From a virus: a stretch of DNA of 64,000 nt. The stretch lies in UHGV virus genome UHGV-1483955; one strand, written 5' to 3'. The notes beneath the pieces are model-generated. The model saw nothing but the letters and a program-made list of their open reading frames with translations, was not told the origin of the DNA and did no database searches. The position numbers and the translations under genes are program-made. Below, piece after piece: positions 63,355-64,000 of this stretch; position 1 is the first letter of the stretch, and every line of letters begins with the position of its first letter.

Positions 63355-63927
63355 TTACAGCTCAGATTGAGTTTGGCGCTTCTCTACAGGATGATAACGA
63401 TAAATCGTCGATACACCGATATCGTAAATAATTGCCAACTGTTTCCTGCTGTAGCCATTTTCGATCAACCTCGCTATTTGCTCATGTTGTTCTTTTGTCA
63501 ACTTCGGGCGACGTCCGCCAATGCGTCCCTGTTCGCGTGCAGCTGCCAGTCCGGCCAGTGTTCTCTCAACAATTAATTCACGTTCCATTTCTGCTAAAGC
63601 ACCCATGACATGAAAAAAGAAACGCCCCATGGGTGTTGATGTGTCAATACTGTCTGTCAGACTACGGAAATTAACACCTTTTTCCCGCAACTCCTCTATA
63701 AGCGTGATAAGGTGTTTCATACTTCTGCCAAGCCTATCCAGCTTCCAGACAACCAGCGTATCTCCTTCTGATAACGTTCTGAGCAGCTTTTTCAAGCCTG
63801 GTCTGGCTGACTTTGTTCCGCTTATTTTATCTTCAAAAATCAGTTCACATCCTGCGCAGTTCAGTGCATTTCTTTGTAAATCTGTGTTTTGGTCATTTGT
63901 TGACACACGAATGTAGCCAATTTGCAT
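63355..63927 (-). CDS. cin: Cin DNA invertase (serine recombinase)
   Basis: MQIGYIRVSTNDQNTDLQRNAL...LDRLGRS catalytic-Ser resolvase/invertase domain plus C-terminal HTH. Confidence 0.9.
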   Translation of the reverse strand: MQIGYIRVSTNDQNTDLQRNALNCAGCELIFEDKISGTKSARPGLKKLLRTLSEGDTLVVWKLDRLGRSMKHLITLIEELREKGVNFRSLTDSIDTSTPMGRFFFHVMGALAEMERELIVERTLAGLAAAREQGRIGGRRPKLTKEQHEQIARLIENGYSRKQLAIIYDIGVSTIYRYHPVEKRQTQSEL

Positions 63928-64000
63928 GAAAAACAACCTCTTTGTTTAGTTAAAAATACATCGTTGGTATAGGTAGGGATTAAGACTAAAACGTTGGTTT

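Noticed and set aside
63940-64000. Possible cix crossover site upstream of cin (AACCTCTTTGTTTA resembling gix/cix core)
   Set aside because: Only a partial match to the remembered consensus and the window ends before the invertible segment

Overview
This window is a P1-like temperate phage-plasmid segment. The anchor is an exact 34-bp loxP site next to a Cre recombinase gene, with the c1/coi immunity genes, pacA/pacB with the pac hexamer cluster, phd/doc, LexA-boxed humD, hot, ban, a fused dmt methyltransferase, the darB and darA antirestriction operons, lysis genes, ssb and the cin invertase. Three tRNAs (Asn-GTT, Thr-TGT, Ile2/Met-CAT) and at least 14 copies of the C1-operator-like 17-mer ATTGCTCTAATAAATTT are present. 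Main hunt result: a strongly AT-rich single-gene island (about 40336-41737) encoding a 434-aa SIR2-like (sirtuin-fold, putative NADase) protein with an unassigned C-terminal domain. It sits between mat and the lxc/ulx/darB block, where, from memory of the P1 map, P1 carries its EcoP1I res/mod genes and IS1; it is a candidate single-gene anti-phage (abortive infection) system. Secondary observations: an array of five covarying long hairpins interleaved with the tRNAs, a C1-controlled sRNA-like leader, a cluster of putative glycosyltransferases around the pap phosphatase, a HAD/ASCH/PAPS-reductase-like cluster, a chain of Ead/Ea22-like paralogs, an AT-rich small-membrane-protein trio, a Walker-motif-degenerate pacB paralog, and a decayed cin-like fragment. 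All family assignments rest on motifs read by eye and on recalled P1 gene order; no database search was run.
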